Shown in pieces: positions 62,270-64,000 of a DNA stretch of 64,000 nucleotides. A program made the position numbers and the translations under genes. Under the pieces are notes generated by a model that had not been told where the DNA came from, ran no database searches, and saw nothing but the letters and a program-made list of their open reading frames with translations. The stretch comes from Callorhinchus milii (lineage: Eukaryota): positions 44,084,001 through 44,148,000 of the forward strand of contig NW_024704743.1 of NCBI RefSeq assembly GCF_018977255.1, in the 5' to 3' direction. Each line of letters starts with the position of its first letter. Position 1 is the stretch's first letter.

Positions 62270-62820
62270 GTGCTTCTTTGGAGGAAAATACTCCTACTTG
62301 CTACATCACCAAATCCCCTTGAGTTTTTCAAAATTTTTCCCCTCAGGCCCTCCTCCCACTATGATAACGCCATGTCTATTGAGCTCCCTCATTTCCACCC
62401 TCAACACCTTTGCTTCTGTCAAATCCCAAACTGCTTCCCTTTCCTGCAAGTCTCCCTGATACAATACTTGCCTTTTGTCCGAAGCCCCTGCATCTGGCAG
62501 TGGACTCTGAGACCAAATTTGAGCCAGATGTGGCTGGACCACACCAGATCTTGTTGACATTCCTTCCACTCAATCAAAAACATAATACTTCTTCTACTTC
62601 AGAATCATCCCAGCAATCAAAGATAACCCTAACTCCTTTTCTCCACCACCACCACTTCCACCAACCATCCTCTCACATTCCATCTGTCCTTACCTCCAAG
62701 GTTAAATACGAGAAGGTCATGGACTTACTGGTGGCCAAAACTGACAAAATCTACTCAGTTGCCTTGACTTCCTCTGTACGCCTCCTACCCAGACTATCTG
62801 GTCAAAGTCAAACCTTGCAA
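62270..62820 (+). mobile_element. Decayed L2 ORF2 fragment (endonuclease-RT linker)
   Basis: TLNTFASVKSQT...SP*Y and SQMWLDH resemble the L2 linker; C-rich L2-like composition. Confidence 0.5.
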
Positions 62821-64000
62821 GAACATAGAAATCAGTTTACAATAAAAGACCAAGGTCTATATAGTCCGTCTTCTACCATCCTGATAGTCGCATGCTACAA
62901 TATTGGAGATGTTAATAGCAATTAACTTTGTAGGGAATAGTCTACCATCAGACATTTATACATTATGGCTTGTACAAAAGCTTTGGTTGAGCTTGCTGGC
63001 CAATTGTAATATCACATACTGAATTGGAAAACATACCTCCATTTACAAATCTTGCAAAAGATTTTCCTCTGAAGCAACATGGTCCTCAAGGTCCATAGCG
63101 AGCACAAAGCACTTCCCATCAGTATAAGAGGTAACAAATGCCATTGCTGGGATACAGTGCCTTATTGTCCTACAAGCAATGCTCTGCAACATCTGCACTA
63201 GTTCCCTACATGAAACACGACTGCCAGCTAACCTTGTTACCTCTTGCTAATCGCTATTCCTCCTACTTTCTTTCTCATTCACTGATACTGTTTCGTACTG
63301 ATTAAGAGAACTTTTACGGTCTGCACTCTAAAATCACTTTATGCTTAAAAGGTTCCCAATCTGTTCATTTTTCTGCTGAATGTACATTTTTGTTCATTAC
63401 TACCCTTTTACTCGAAAAAAAATCCCAGTATCCTTGAAATTGAGCAAATAATTACCCCCAATTGCATTGTGTCTCAGCTTAATCTCTCTGCAAACAAATG
63501 TACATAAACTCCCACACACTTAACTTGTATTTACAGGACGTTTACATTCACAATCTTTCATAGCATGCATGATTGATTGGTTAGATCCCAAGAGAAAACT
63601 GGAAAGCATAAAAAGGGAGTTATAAGTGCTTCCTCAATTGTTGGATGGTATCTGTCAGTAATTCAAACACAACTTTTTTGGCCTCCCACATGCACAGACT
63701 GAGGTATATTCAAGTCATAAATGATACAATTGATTTTTTTTTCTGAATCAGGCCACTGGGATTAACCTTCATTCCATGAACTGGTTATATAACAATTATT
63801 AGCATTGAGTCAGGTGAATCAGTTCCATGTTGGCGTACTGAATCATGTTGTGCTATATCATACAGCGTTGCAGAATGTCGAATATAGAGCACAGACTAGT
63901 TGGGGTGAATGACTTGTTTCTATACTTTAAATTCTATGTAATTCTATTCATGTGCACTTTTTACTCCTCTGTCAACACAGCATATTCTAATAACATTGTG

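Overview
Repeat-dense, AT-rich vertebrate genomic DNA, most likely intronic or intergenic. The repeat content points to a cartilaginous fish, probably a chimaera such as Callorhinchus milii; this is an inference from the tRNA-Ala/Deu-domain SINE and the L2 and CR1 LINE set. I could not support any intact host exon, rRNA, true tRNA or CRISPR array. The longest ORFs are mostly decayed L2/CR1 reverse-transcriptase fragments or SINE read-throughs. The window holds about 20 copies of a tRNA-Ala-headed DeuSINE with an L2-type tail, about 12 copies of an older DeuSINE, and many L2 and CR1 3' fragments. It also holds a 677-bp solo LTR with a 4-bp TSD, two hAT-type and one Tigger/pogo-type non-autonomous DNA elements, and several hairpins. 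The most unusual signal is an unrecognised protein-coding fossil in five diverged copies (four in the first 3.4 kb, one at about 42.9 kb), whose differences are mostly synonymous in the block counted and which share an in-frame TGA. Also notable are a SINE inserted into its own antisense copy to form a spacer-less palindrome, a visible SINE tail swap matching a local L2 stem-loop, and two pre-miRNA-sized hairpins about 630 bp apart. Boundaries of old repeats are approximate and were read by eye.
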